This document shows, piece after piece, positions 17,718 through 26,877 of a stretch of DNA of 64,000 bases. The notes below the pieces were generated by a model. It made no database searches. It was not told the DNA's origin and was given only the letters and a program-made list of their open reading frames with translations. The position numbers and the translations under genes are program-made. Location of the stretch: contig JAZRMP010000059.1 in the NCBI GenBank assembly GCA_045647705.1, positions 301 through 64,300 of the forward strand, given 5' to 3'. This stretch comes from Faecousia sp. GTDB lineage: Bacteria > Bacillota > Clostridia > Oscillospirales > Oscillospiraceae. Each line of letters begins with the position of its first letter. Positions within the stretch are counted from its first letter, which is position 1.

Positions 17718-19904
17718 ATGGAAAATTTTGAACAGCATTATGAGGCACTGCAACGGACATTGCAGAAGTATATGCCCGGCAAGGATATGACATTGATTGA
17801 AGATGCCATTGCCTATGCGCGGGATAAGCATAAGGAACAGAAACGGAAAGATGGTTCTCCGTACATCATCCACCCTTTGGCTGTGGCACAGATTGTGGCA
17901 GAGATGGGGTTGGATACGGATGCGGTTTTGGGTGCGATTCTACATGACTGCATTGAGGATACCGATGCTTCCCATGATGACATTGCCAGACGGTTTGGAG
18001 ACACTGCCGCAGAGCTTGTGGAAGGCGTTACCAAGCTGACACGGGCGAACTTCTCCAGCTCTGAGGAGCAGCAGATGGAGAATCTGCGGAAGATGTTTAT
18101 GGCGATGTCCAAGGATATACGGGTGGTGCTCATCAAGATCGCAGACCGGCTGCACAATATGCGTACTATGCAGTACCAGACACCGGAAAAGCAGATCAGC
18201 AAGTGTCGGGAGACGATGGATATTTACGCCCCTCTGGCCCACCGGCTTGGTATGCAGAAGATGAAGTGGGAACTGGAGGACATTGCCCTGCGGTATTTGG
18301 ACCCTGCCGGTTATGAGGATATTATGGCATATCTGAAGGCACACAGGGAACAGGATGAAGCCTTTATGCGCACCATTCAGGAGCGAATCACCGGCAGATT
18401 GTCCGATGTGGGTATCCAATGCAAGACATACGGCCGGATCAAGCATGTCTACTCTATTTATCGGAAGATGAACGCACAGGGAAAGAGCCTGGAGGAACTG
18501 TACGATATTTACGCCTTCCGGGTGGTGGTAGAATCCATACCCGACTGCTACAATGTTTTGGGTCATATCCATGACCTGTTTAATCTGGTGCCCGGGCGGT
18601 TTAAGGATTATATTTCTACCCCCAAGCCGAACATGTACCAGAGCCTCCATACCACGGTTATCGGTACCCAGGGTATTCCTTTTGAGGTGCAGATCCGCAC
18701 CTGGCAGATGCACGAAACCGCCGAGTACGGCATTGCCGCCCATTGGAAGTATAAACAGGGCGGCACCGGTGCCGGAGACGAAAAGGATTTTGAGTGGGTT
18801 CGCCGCTTGCTGGAAAGCCAGCAGGATACAGATGCGGAAGATTATGTAAACTCCTTGAAGATCGATATGTTTGACGACGAGGTGTTTGTATTCACACCCA
18901 AGGGGAAAATCGTATCGCTGCCTGCCGGCTCTACCCCCATTGACTTCGCCTATGCCATCCACTCCGGCGTGGGCAACTCTTTGGTAGGTGCTAAAGTTAA
19001 CAACCGAATCGTGAACATTGATGCCACCGTCCAGAACGGCGATATTGTGGAGATCATTACCTCCAAAACTGCCAAGGGTCCCAGCCGGGATTGGTTAAAT
19101 ATCTGTAAGTCCAATCAGGCCCGCACAAAAATTAAGCAATGGTTTAAGCGGGAAAAGCGGGAAGAAAATATCATCCACGGAAAAACCAGCTTTGAAGCAG
19201 AGATGAAGCGGCTCATGCTGCCCATGCCTACCAGCATGGATGAGGAGCTTCAGAAAAGTCTGCTGAAAAAGCTGTCCTTTGACACTTGGGATGATATGTA
19301 TGCCGCGATTGGCTATGGTGGTTTGACTGCTGTAAAGGCAACCGGTAAGATTCGGGACGACATTAACAAGGCAGTAAAAGCCGATAAATCTAACCAGAAT
19401 CCTCTGCGAACCAATGCGGACACGGATGGAGCCAGACAGAATCGCCATGCGGTTAACGGCGTAATTGTGGAGGATATTGACTCCTGCATGATCAAGTTCA
19501 GCAAGTGCTGTACCCCTGTACCGGGCGATGCCATTGTGGGCTTTATTACAAAGGGCTTTGGCGTTTCTATCCACCGGGTAGATTGTCCCAATACAGCAGG
19601 AATATCTGACCCCAAGCAGGCCGCCAGATGGGTGCGGGTGCGCTGGGATCAAGTGGATGAGCAGCCCTTTGAGACCACACTGGAGCTGGATTGCATTACC
19701 CGGGATGGCTTGCTGCTGGATGTAGCAATGGTCATGACTTCTGCCCGGGTTCGTGTTAAGGAGCTGACCGGCAAAGATGTACCCGGAGGTCATAGTGTAT
19801 TCACTGTGCGTTTTGAGGTTAAGGATGTGACTGAGTTGGAGAGCATCCGCAACAAGCTGCTCAACGTCCGGGATGTGTTGGGCTCCAGAAGAGGACAGAA
19901 TTAA
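17718..19904 (+). CDS. relA: Bifunctional (p)ppGpp synthetase/hydrolase
   Basis: PYIIHP, LHD, ADRLHNMRT, KDYI..PKPNMYQSLHT, EVQIRT, TGS and ACT domains. Confidence 0.96.
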   Translation: MENFEQHYEALQRTLQKYMPGKDMTLIEDAIAYARDKHKEQKRKDGSPYIIHPLAVAQIVAEMGLDTDAVLGAILHDCIEDTDASHDDIARRFGDTAAELVEGVTKLTRANFSSSEEQQMENLRKMFMAMSKDIRVVLIKIADRLHNMRTMQYQTPEKQISKCRETMDIYAPLAHRLGMQKMKWELEDIALRYLDPAGYEDIMAYLKAHREQDEAFMRTIQERITGRLSDVGIQCKTYGRIKHVYSIYRKMNAQGKSLEELYDIYAFRVVVESIPDCYNVLGHIHDLFNLVPGRFKDYISTPKPNMYQSLHTTVIGTQGIPFEVQIRTWQMHETAEYGIAAHWKYKQGGTGAGDEKDFEWVRRLLESQQDTDAEDYVNSLKIDMFDDEVFVFTPKGKIVSLPAGSTPIDFAYAIHSGVGNSLVGAKVNNRIVNIDATVQNGDIVEIITSKTAKGPSRDWLNICKSNQARTKIKQWFKREKREENIIHGKTSFEAEMKRLMLPMPTSMDEELQKSLLKKLSFDTWDDMYAAIGYGGLTAVKATGKIRDDINKAVKADKSNQNPLRTNADTDGARQNRHAVNGVIVEDIDSCMIKFSKCCTPVPGDAIVGFITKGFGVSIHRVDCPNTAGISDPKQAARWVRVRWDQVDEQPFETTLELDCITRDGLLLDVAMVMTSARVRVKELTGKDVPGGHSVFTVRFEVKDVTELESIRNKLLNVRDVLGSRRGQN

Positions 19905-19916
19905 GAGGGATCGGTT

Positions 19917-20381
19917 ATGCGAGCTGTTTTGACAAGAGTAAAATCCGCGTCTGTGTCTATTGCCGGACAGACTGTAGGTGCTATCGGCAAAGGTTTTTTG
20001 ATCCTGTTGGGCGTGGGTCCGGAGGACACGGAAGCCCACAGCCGTTACCTTGCGGAAAAGGCTCTGGGTCTTCGGGTGTTTGAGGATGAAAACGGAAAAA
20101 TGAATTTGGGCCTTGGGGAAGTGGATGGACAAGTGCTGGTGGTGAGCCAGTTCACCCTGTACGGAAATTGCCGCAAGGGTCGTCGTCCCAGCTTTACCGA
20201 AGCGGCACCCCCAGAGCTGGGCAACCGACTTTATGAGCAGTTCCTTGCAGATTGCAAGGATTTGGGCTATCCGCCCCAACACGGGCAGTTTGGCGCGGAT
20301 ATGCAGGTAGAATCGGTGAATGATGGGCCGGTAACACTGATTCTGGACACAGATCAGTTAATGAATGAATCCAGAAGATAA
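19917..20381 (+). CDS. dtd: D-aminoacyl-tRNA deacylase
   Basis: SQFTL, KGRRPSF, NDGPVT. Confidence 0.96.
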   Translation: MRAVLTRVKSASVSIAGQTVGAIGKGFLILLGVGPEDTEAHSRYLAEKALGLRVFEDENGKMNLGLGEVDGQVLVVSQFTLYGNCRKGRRPSFTEAAPPELGNRLYEQFLADCKDLGYPPQHGQFGADMQVESVNDGPVTLILDTDQLMNESRR

Positions 20382-20401
20382 TAACATATCGAGGTGATCC
20401 T

Positions 20402-20995
20402 ATGAACATTACCACCATTGTTGGCGGTTCTCTGTATACCAACTGCTATATGGTTTGGGGGAAAAGTTCCGAAACGTGTGTGCTCATTGACCCGGGATTT
20501 GATCCGGAGCAGATTTTGGAGCAGGTCCGTGGTGTTGGCAAAAAGGTGGAGGCTATTTTCCTTACCCATACGCACCATGACCATGTGTTCGGCGTAAAAC
20601 AGATCGCGGCACTTACCGGTTGTAGGGTCTATGTTTGTCGGGAAGAATTGTCCATCAAACATCGTGTTACTTCCGGGGATATTTGCGCTACAAATTTCTA
20701 TGCCGACGGCGACGAAGTGGTGGGAGCAGACATTACCTTCCGGGTTATGCAGACGCCGGGACACACAGCCGGCAGCGTATGCCTGATTACTGCGGGGGCA
20801 ATTTTCTCCGGCGACACCCTGTTTGCAGGTACTTGCGGCAGGACGGACCTGGCCAGTGGCGATCCTGCCCAAATGCGCCGGTCCTTGGCCCGGCTGAGTG
20901 CCATAGAAGGAAACTACAAGGTGTTTCCCGGACATGGACAGGCCACAGATCTGGATTCTGAGCGTCGGCTGAATCCCTACATGTTTGGCTTATGA
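20402..20995 (+). CDS. MBL-fold metallo-hydrolase (glyoxalase II-like)
   Basis: THTHHDH, TPGHT, SGDTLF, PGHG. Confidence 0.9.
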   Translation: MNITTIVGGSLYTNCYMVWGKSSETCVLIDPGFDPEQILEQVRGVGKKVEAIFLTHTHHDHVFGVKQIAALTGCRVYVCREELSIKHRVTSGDICATNFYADGDEVVGADITFRVMQTPGHTAGSVCLITAGAIFSGDTLFAGTCGRTDLASGDPAQMRRSLARLSAIEGNYKVFPGHGQATDLDSERRLNPYMFGL

Positions 20996-22413
20996 TGGAA
21001 TTGACCTTAAAAGGCCATGAGGACCGCTATGCAGTGGAGCAGCTTTGTATCGCTCTGTTTGGGGTGGATGCACAGGGACAAGTGGTCTCCCAACTTACCC
21101 GTGGAAAAACCTGGCTTACGGCAGCGACCACCGTTACAGCAGAGGGAAAGACTACCCGGGCGGTTCGCCGGCTGAAAACGGAGCAGGAGACGGTGCGTCT
21201 GCGCCGGCAGATTTTACAGCAGAGCCTTTATCGGGCGGCACTGCCCCATTTGCAGCAGATACCGGCTTGGGGTGCTTTGGCAGGCGTGCGGCCTACAAAG
21301 ATCTCCACAAAGCATCTGTTGGAGGGCGGCACTCCCAAAACGGCGGATAAGCTGCTGAAGGATGTATATTTTGTAAGCAAGCCCCGCAGAGAACTGGCAG
21401 TGGATTGCTCGCAAGCAACGCTGCGCGCCGTTAGGGCAATGGTCCGGGAGGATGTGTCGCTGTATGTGGGCATTCCTTTCTGCCCAACCCGGTGTTCCTA
21501 TTGCAGCTTTGTCAGCCGGAGTGTGGGCAAGCGGACAGAATTGCTGGAGCCGTATTTGCAGGCCCTTTTGCAGGAGCTGGAGGTTACAGGACGGCTGCTG
21601 GCAGAGTCCGGAAGGCGGGTACGCACGGTTTATATCGGCGGTGGTACACCCACCACCCTGTCCTCTGAACAACTGGCAGTATTGATGGATGGGATTCGCA
21701 GATGGGTTGATCTGAGCCATTGTGTGGAATTTACCGTGGAGGGTGGCAGACCCGACACCCTGGATTTTGGAAAATTACAGACCATCCGTGCCTATGGGGC
21801 GGACAGAATGAGCATCAACCCCCAGACAATGGTGGATTCGGTGCTCCGGGCTTGTGGCAGACCTCACACCGCACAGGCGGTGCTGGACAGTTATGCGCAA
21901 GCAGTGGATGCAGGCTTCGGGGACATCAATATGGATCTGATTGCTGGGCTGCCCTCGGATACGGAGGAGGGATTTCGATATTCTCTGGATACGGTGGCTG
22001 CCTTGCGGCCTGCAAATATTACAATACATACCCTTGCGCTGAAGAAAGGCGCCGATTTATTTGAGCGGCAGGTGGCATTGCCTTCTGCAGAGACGGTTAC
22101 AAAAATGGTGGACTATGCAAATCGGACGTTACGCCATCTTGGATACAAGCCTTATTACCTCTATCGGCAGAAATATATGTCCGGAAGTTTTGAAAATGTT
22201 GGCTGGAGCCGGGATAATCGGGACTGCTTGTATAATATTTATATGATGGAGGAGCTGCACACCATCCTGTCTCTGGGCGGTGGCGGCATGAACAAGGTAA
22301 ATCTGCCCGATGGTGCGCTTCAGCGATTCCACAACCCTAAGTTCCCGGAGCAATATATTGAGCAGCTTGACATTGTTCTGAAGCAGAAGGAAGAACTGTT
22401 TAAATGTTTGTAA
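20992..22413 (+). CDS. hemZ: HemZ-like radical SAM protein
   Basis: WGALAGVRP, CPTRCSYC, GGGTPT, PYYLYRQK. Confidence 0.9.
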   Translation: MMELTLKGHEDRYAVEQLCIALFGVDAQGQVVSQLTRGKTWLTAATTVTAEGKTTRAVRRLKTEQETVRLRRQILQQSLYRAALPHLQQIPAWGALAGVRPTKISTKHLLEGGTPKTADKLLKDVYFVSKPRRELAVDCSQATLRAVRAMVREDVSLYVGIPFCPTRCSYCSFVSRSVGKRTELLEPYLQALLQELEVTGRLLAESGRRVRTVYIGGGTPTTLSSEQLAVLMDGIRRWVDLSHCVEFTVEGGRPDTLDFGKLQTIRAYGADRMSINPQTMVDSVLRACGRPHTAQAVLDSYAQAVDAGFGDINMDLIAGLPSDTEEGFRYSLDTVAALRPANITIHTLALKKGADLFERQVALPSAETVTKMVDYANRTLRHLGYKPYYLYRQKYMSGSFENVGWSRDNRDCLYNIYMMEELHTILSLGGGGMNKVNLPDGALQRFHNPKFPEQYIEQLDIVLKQKEELFKCL

Positions 22414-22472
22414 ATTCCGATTTGTCAGTCGGATCGGCAGGTCTGCCCAACTACCAGATAAAATGGGAATTT
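22412..22472. repeat. Miniature TIR element, short copy
   Basis: AAATTCCGATTTGTC..GATAAAATGGGAATTT termini like the copies at 34036, 41165, 47923 and 55671. Confidence 0.6.
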
Positions 22473-22494
22473 TATACGGAAAGGAAGACTTTTC

Positions 22495-23811
22495 TTGGAC
22501 ACTTTGATTTCAAACGTTACTGTGGTTACTATGAATGAAAAACTGGATGTGTTGTTTGGTGCATATCTGGGGGTTACAGACGGTAAAATATCCTATATTG
22601 GCAAACAGCCTCCTCAGGAACAGCCCGGGGCCATCATTGACGGTACGGGTATGGTGGCTATGCCCGGCCTTGTAAACTGTCATACCCACCTGGCTACCAC
22701 TGTTCTGCGGGGGTTTGTGGATGACGCTGCCCGGCATGAGGCACTGGAGCAGCAGCTTGCCCGGGAGGATAAAATGGATGCCCGCAGCGCAAAGGCGGCA
22801 GCCCTGCTGGGAATTGCCGAGTGTCTGCGTTTTGGTATCACCTCGGTGTCCGATTTATATTATTATCCTGAAGCGACTGCCGAAGCGGTGGCAGAAAGCG
22901 GAATAAAGGCAAATCTGGCACTGTCATCTTACCGATTTATTGATGCCAGCGAGGACTTTGATTTTGAAACCGATGAGCAGTGCGTGGAGCAGTGCCGGGT
23001 AGCGGAAAAATGGCACGGCTACGACAATGGCCGGATCCGGATCGATGCCGGTCTGTATGCCGAATATACCAGCAACTATAAACTGTGGGAGGGCCTGACT
23101 TCCTGGGCGCAGGAGGAGGGGCTTGGCCTGCAACTGCATCTGGCAGAAACGGAGGCAGAGGCGCAGGAATGTTTGGAACGAACCGGTCTGGGACCCGCAG
23201 AATTGCTGGACACCCATGGGATGTTTAAGGTGCGTGCTGTTGCCTCCGGCTGTGTGGGCCTAAGCGAATACGAGCGCAAGCTCTTGGGGAAAAGAAAAGT
23301 TACTGCGGTAACAACGCCCATGGCATACGCAAAGGCAGGTCTTCCCACCACGCCTATCCTGGGCAGTGTAAAGGCGGGGATGAATGTGGCGTTGGGCACA
23401 GGAGGCGCAGTAGAGTGCGGCAATCTGGATATGTTTGAGGTTATGCGCTTTGCGGCGATGGATGCCCGGATGACCGGCGGGGATGGAGATAAGCTGCCGT
23501 CATCGGCGGCACTGATGATGGCGACTGCCTGCGGTGCTCGGGCGCAGGGGCGTACCGAGGAAACGGGCATGCTTAAGGAGGGCATGGACGCGGATATTAT
23601 CCTGGTGGATTTTTCTGCGCCGCATTTAATGCCCTGCCATGATGTTATAAACGGTCTGGTCTTTTCTGCCAAGGGCGGGGATGTAGCAATGACCATGGTA
23701 AGGGGCAAGGTGCTTTACAGCAATGGCCGGTTCCACACCATCGATCTGGGTGCTGTGGTGAAGGAAATGATGGAATATGCCATTCCCCGGTTGATGGGAA
23801 ATAAGGAGTAA
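22495..23811 (+). CDS. Amidohydrolase-family protein (MtaD-like, degenerate active site)
   Basis: MPGLVNCHTH, HLAET, ADIILVD; TTG start. Confidence 0.85.
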   Translation: MDTLISNVTVVTMNEKLDVLFGAYLGVTDGKISYIGKQPPQEQPGAIIDGTGMVAMPGLVNCHTHLATTVLRGFVDDAARHEALEQQLAREDKMDARSAKAAALLGIAECLRFGITSVSDLYYYPEATAEAVAESGIKANLALSSYRFIDASEDFDFETDEQCVEQCRVAEKWHGYDNGRIRIDAGLYAEYTSNYKLWEGLTSWAQEEGLGLQLHLAETEAEAQECLERTGLGPAELLDTHGMFKVRAVASGCVGLSEYERKLLGKRKVTAVTTPMAYAKAGLPTTPILGSVKAGMNVALGTGGAVECGNLDMFEVMRFAAMDARMTGGDGDKLPSSAALMMATACGARAQGRTEETGMLKEGMDADIILVDFSAPHLMPCHDVINGLVFSAKGGDVAMTMVRGKVLYSNGRFHTIDLGAVVKEMMEYAIPRLMGNKE

Positions 23812-23814
23812 GCT

Positions 23815-25422
23815 ATGTCGGAATCTACCAAGAAGCAAACCTTTCTCCACGGAGCTGCGCTGCTGGCAATGGCAACGGCGGTTGTGAAGGTGATTGGCGC
23901 CTTTTACAAAATCCCGCTAAAAATGGTCATTGGCGATCAGGGTTACGGCTATTTTGTAACAGCCTATGATGTGTACTCTGTGCTGTTGTTGATTTCCACT
24001 GCAGGTCTTCCGGTAGCGATGAGTCGGATGATCAGCCAGGCGAATGCGCTGGGAGGCAACAATCAGGTGCGTCGCGTGTATAGAACAGCCCGAGGGATAT
24101 TTCTGGGCTTGGGCGTACTCAGCAGCTTGTTCATGATACTGGGAAGCAAGTGGCTTGCCAATGAAGTGCTGATGCAGCCCAATGCCGCTCCCGCAATTGC
24201 CTGTTTGGGTCCTTGTGCCCTGTTTATGGGAATTATTTCTACGTACCGGGGCTTTTTCCAGGGCCATGGGAATATGACCCCCACCTCTGCCAGTCAGGTA
24301 CTGGAGGCGTTTGTCAAGTTGTTGGTGGGATTGGGCCTGGCTTTCTTCTTTATGAGCCGGTTCAAAAGCGTGCCACTTGCGGCGGCAGGCGCAATTTTGG
24401 GCGTAACCGTAAGCTGTTTAATCAGTGCGGTGTTCCTGTTCTGGAAATTTCAGCCTGCCTATAAAAGTTTGGCGGCAACAGAGGATACACCCTGGTCCGT
24501 GGGGGTTACCGCAAAAAGTTTGCTTGCCATTGCTGTGCCGATCACGATCGGCTCTGCCGGTCTTCAGTTTTTAACAGTGGTGGAGCAGAAATTGTATATG
24601 GGACAGCTTTTGACTGCAAATGGTCTGTCTCAGGATGCGGCGGATACCATGAAGGGTATCTACAGCATGACTACCACGATTTACAATATGCCCTGTGCAT
24701 TTATTGTGCCCATTGCCATTAGTGTGCTGCCGGCAATCACTTCCCATTTGACCTTAAAGAACAACCGGGGAGTAAGAGAAACAGAGGAATCCGCAGCCAG
24801 AATCACAGGGCTGATCAGCCTGCCCTGTACCGTGGGGCTGTGCCTGTTGGCAAGGCCAATCATGGCACTTCTGGGGGATTACAGTGGAGAAAAACTGGAT
24901 TTGGCAGCGAAGCTGATGGCGGTGCTGGGTTCTTGTGTGTTTTTGTATGCCATTATCCAGTATACCAATTCCTTAATGCAGGCCCACGGTTATGCCCATA
25001 TCCCGGTAGTCAATATGCTTCTTGCCGGGGTAGTGAAGCTGGCAGTGGTATATATTCTGGTAGGCAATCCCGCCATTGGTATTTTAGGTGCGCCAATTGG
25101 TTCTGTTCTGGGCTACACTGCCATTTCGGTGATGAATCTGGCGGCCATCGGGAAGGTAGTACCCCAAAAGCCCGCCCTAGTCTCCAATTTACTGCGGGCA
25201 TTGCTTCCGGCAGCGATTATGGGAGTGTCGGTCTACGGAACCTACTGGGGTCTGACACAGGTGCTGGGAGCAGAGGGAAGCCGCGTGCTTCTTTGTGGCG
25301 TACCCATCTTGGTTGGCGTGGCAGTGTACGGTGTTGCCGTGATAAAATGCAAGGCCATCACAGCCGAGGATTGTCAACTGCTTCCCAAGGGAGAAAAAAT
25401 TGCCAAGTTGCTGAAATTATAA
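23815..25422 (+). CDS. MOP-family flippase, YabM/SpoVB-like polysaccharide biosynthesis protein
   Basis: FLHGAALL..KVIGAFYKIP, STAGLPVA, YRGFFQG..M.PT..SQV.E. Confidence 0.88.
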   Translation: MSESTKKQTFLHGAALLAMATAVVKVIGAFYKIPLKMVIGDQGYGYFVTAYDVYSVLLLISTAGLPVAMSRMISQANALGGNNQVRRVYRTARGIFLGLGVLSSLFMILGSKWLANEVLMQPNAAPAIACLGPCALFMGIISTYRGFFQGHGNMTPTSASQVLEAFVKLLVGLGLAFFFMSRFKSVPLAAAGAILGVTVSCLISAVFLFWKFQPAYKSLAATEDTPWSVGVTAKSLLAIAVPITIGSAGLQFLTVVEQKLYMGQLLTANGLSQDAADTMKGIYSMTTTIYNMPCAFIVPIAISVLPAITSHLTLKNNRGVRETEESAARITGLISLPCTVGLCLLARPIMALLGDYSGEKLDLAAKLMAVLGSCVFLYAIIQYTNSLMQAHGYAHIPVVNMLLAGVVKLAVVYILVGNPAIGILGAPIGSVLGYTAISVMNLAAIGKVVPQKPALVSNLLRALLPAAIMGVSVYGTYWGLTQVLGAEGSRVLLCGVPILVGVAVYGVAVIKCKAITAEDCQLLPKGEKIAKLLKL

Positions 25423-25565
25423 CACGAAAACTGTCGTTTTATTGGAATTATTTCAGAATTACTTGTAAAATTTAACGAATTCTGACAAAAATACTTGCAT
25501 TTTTTATGTATATATGATACGATGAAATCCCATGTAATAATATAATGGAAAGAGGACGATAATTT

Positions 25566-25841
25566 ATGAACAAGACTGAACTCATTGCAGCAGTTGCCGA
25601 GAAGACCGGCCTTACCAAGAAGGATGCAGAGCGCGTCATCAATGCCACTTTTGAGACCATCACCGCCAGCCTGGTCAAGGGCGACAAGGTTCAGGTTTCC
25701 GGCTTCGGTGGCTTCGAGGTCAAGGCTCGTGAAGCTCGCGTCGGCCGCAACCCCCGCACCAAGGAGACCATCCAGATCCCCGCTACCCGCCTGCCCGCTT
25801 TCAAGGCTGCTAAGGCTCTGAAGGACGCTGTGGCGAAGTAA
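25566..25841 (+). CDS. hup: DNA-binding protein HU
   Basis: MNKTELI..GFG.F..R.GRNP.T..PAFK. Confidence 0.97.
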   Translation: MNKTELIAAVAEKTGLTKKDAERVINATFETITASLVKGDKVQVSGFGGFEVKAREARVGRNPRTKETIQIPATRLPAFKAAKALKDAVAK

Positions 25842-25853
25842 GGTAGCCTCCCT

Positions 25854-26093
25854 ATGCGACTTGACAAGTATCTGAAGGTATCCCGTTTGATTAAGCGTCG
25901 GACGGTAGCCAATGAAGCCTGCGACAATGGTCGTATCAGTGTCAATGGCCGTGTGGTCAAGGCCAGCTACGAGGTCAAGGTCGGCGATCGGATCGAGATC
26001 GCTATGGGCACTAGAACTGTAGCGGTTGAGGTCGTTCAGGTGGCGGATAATGTCCGTAAGGACGATGCCGGCTCCATGTACAAAGAGATTTGA
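25854..26093 (+). CDS. yabO: S4-domain RNA-binding protein (YabO/RqcP)
   Basis: MRLDKYLKVSRLIKRRTVA. Confidence 0.93.
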   Translation: MRLDKYLKVSRLIKRRTVANEACDNGRISVNGRVVKASYEVKVGDRIEIAMGTRTVAVEVVQVADNVRKDDAGSMYKEI

Positions 26094-26211
26094 TAAAAAG
26101 CACGCAGTCAAAAGACTGCGTGCTTTTTATATTTATAGACATTCAGTAGGGTTGTTTTAATTTATACTGGAATGAAAACCAACATAAAACTTACAGAGAA
26201 AAGGTAATTTG

Positions 26212-26313
26212 TTAATGGCTGCGCCGGTTTTCCATGTGGCCGGAATGGATCACCGGTGGCTTGGGGTCTGCGATCTCCCAGGTCGTGGGCTGCTTTTTTT
26301 CATCCTCTTTCAT
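26212..26313 (-). CDS. Candidate 33-aa small protein MKEDEKKQPTTWEIADPKPPVIHSGHMENRRSH
   Basis: Strong RBS AAGGAGGAG upstream of ATG; below the ORF-track cutoff. Confidence 0.4.
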   Translation of the reverse strand: MKEDEKKQPTTWEIADPKPPVIHSGHMENRRSH

Positions 26314-26395
26314 GGTTCTCCTCCTTGTTTTTTTCTTTAGTTTGTGTTTTTGATATGAAATTATGCTTTACTGCAAGATTGTTATGTGTTAAAAT

Positions 26396-26426
26396 CGTTG
26401 CAAACGCAACAGTTGCATTTGCAACG
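26396..26426. promoter_or_regulatory. Palindromic operator, probably for MarR autoregulation
   Basis: CGTTGCAAACGCAAC-A-GTTGCATTTGCAACG between the -10 (TAAAAT) and the RBS. Confidence 0.7.
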
Positions 26427-26436
26427 AAAGGAGGAG

Positions 26437-26877
26437 ATGTCTTTGCAGTTCAGCAAGGATATTGCGGTGATCTCCCGGTTTTTTCGCCGCCGTCGGAATC
26501 GGTACATGGATGTGTTTGGCTTAAAAAGCATGCACGCCAGGTATTTGATTGAAGTATGCCAGCATCCCGGAGTCTCTCAGGACAGGCTCTCCCAGCAGTT
26601 GGGCATTGATAAAAGCAATGTGGCGCGGCAGGCAACAGTGCTGGAAGACGGCGGGTTTTTACAGCGAGAAGCTGCTGCCGGGGACAAGCGGGTGCTATGC
26701 TTGTATCCTACGGACAGGACGCTGGAATTGCTTCCCGGCTTGCTGGAGGCTATGCAAGAGTGGGAGAATGACGTGCTGAAGAACTTGCACGACGGAGAAA
26801 AGGAACAGTTTTTGTCGCTGTTGGCCAAGGTTTGTACCTGGGTAGAGTGGGAGGAACGAAATGAAAGGACTTCTTAA
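26437..26877 (+). CDS. MarR-family regulator
   Basis: PGVSQ..L..DKSNVAR..LE..G..R..DKR..LY.T. Confidence 0.9.
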   Translation: MSLQFSKDIAVISRFFRRRRNRYMDVFGLKSMHARYLIEVCQHPGVSQDRLSQQLGIDKSNVARQATVLEDGGFLQREAAAGDKRVLCLYPTDRTLELLPGLLEAMQEWENDVLKNLHDGEKEQFLSLLAKVCTWVEWEERNERTS

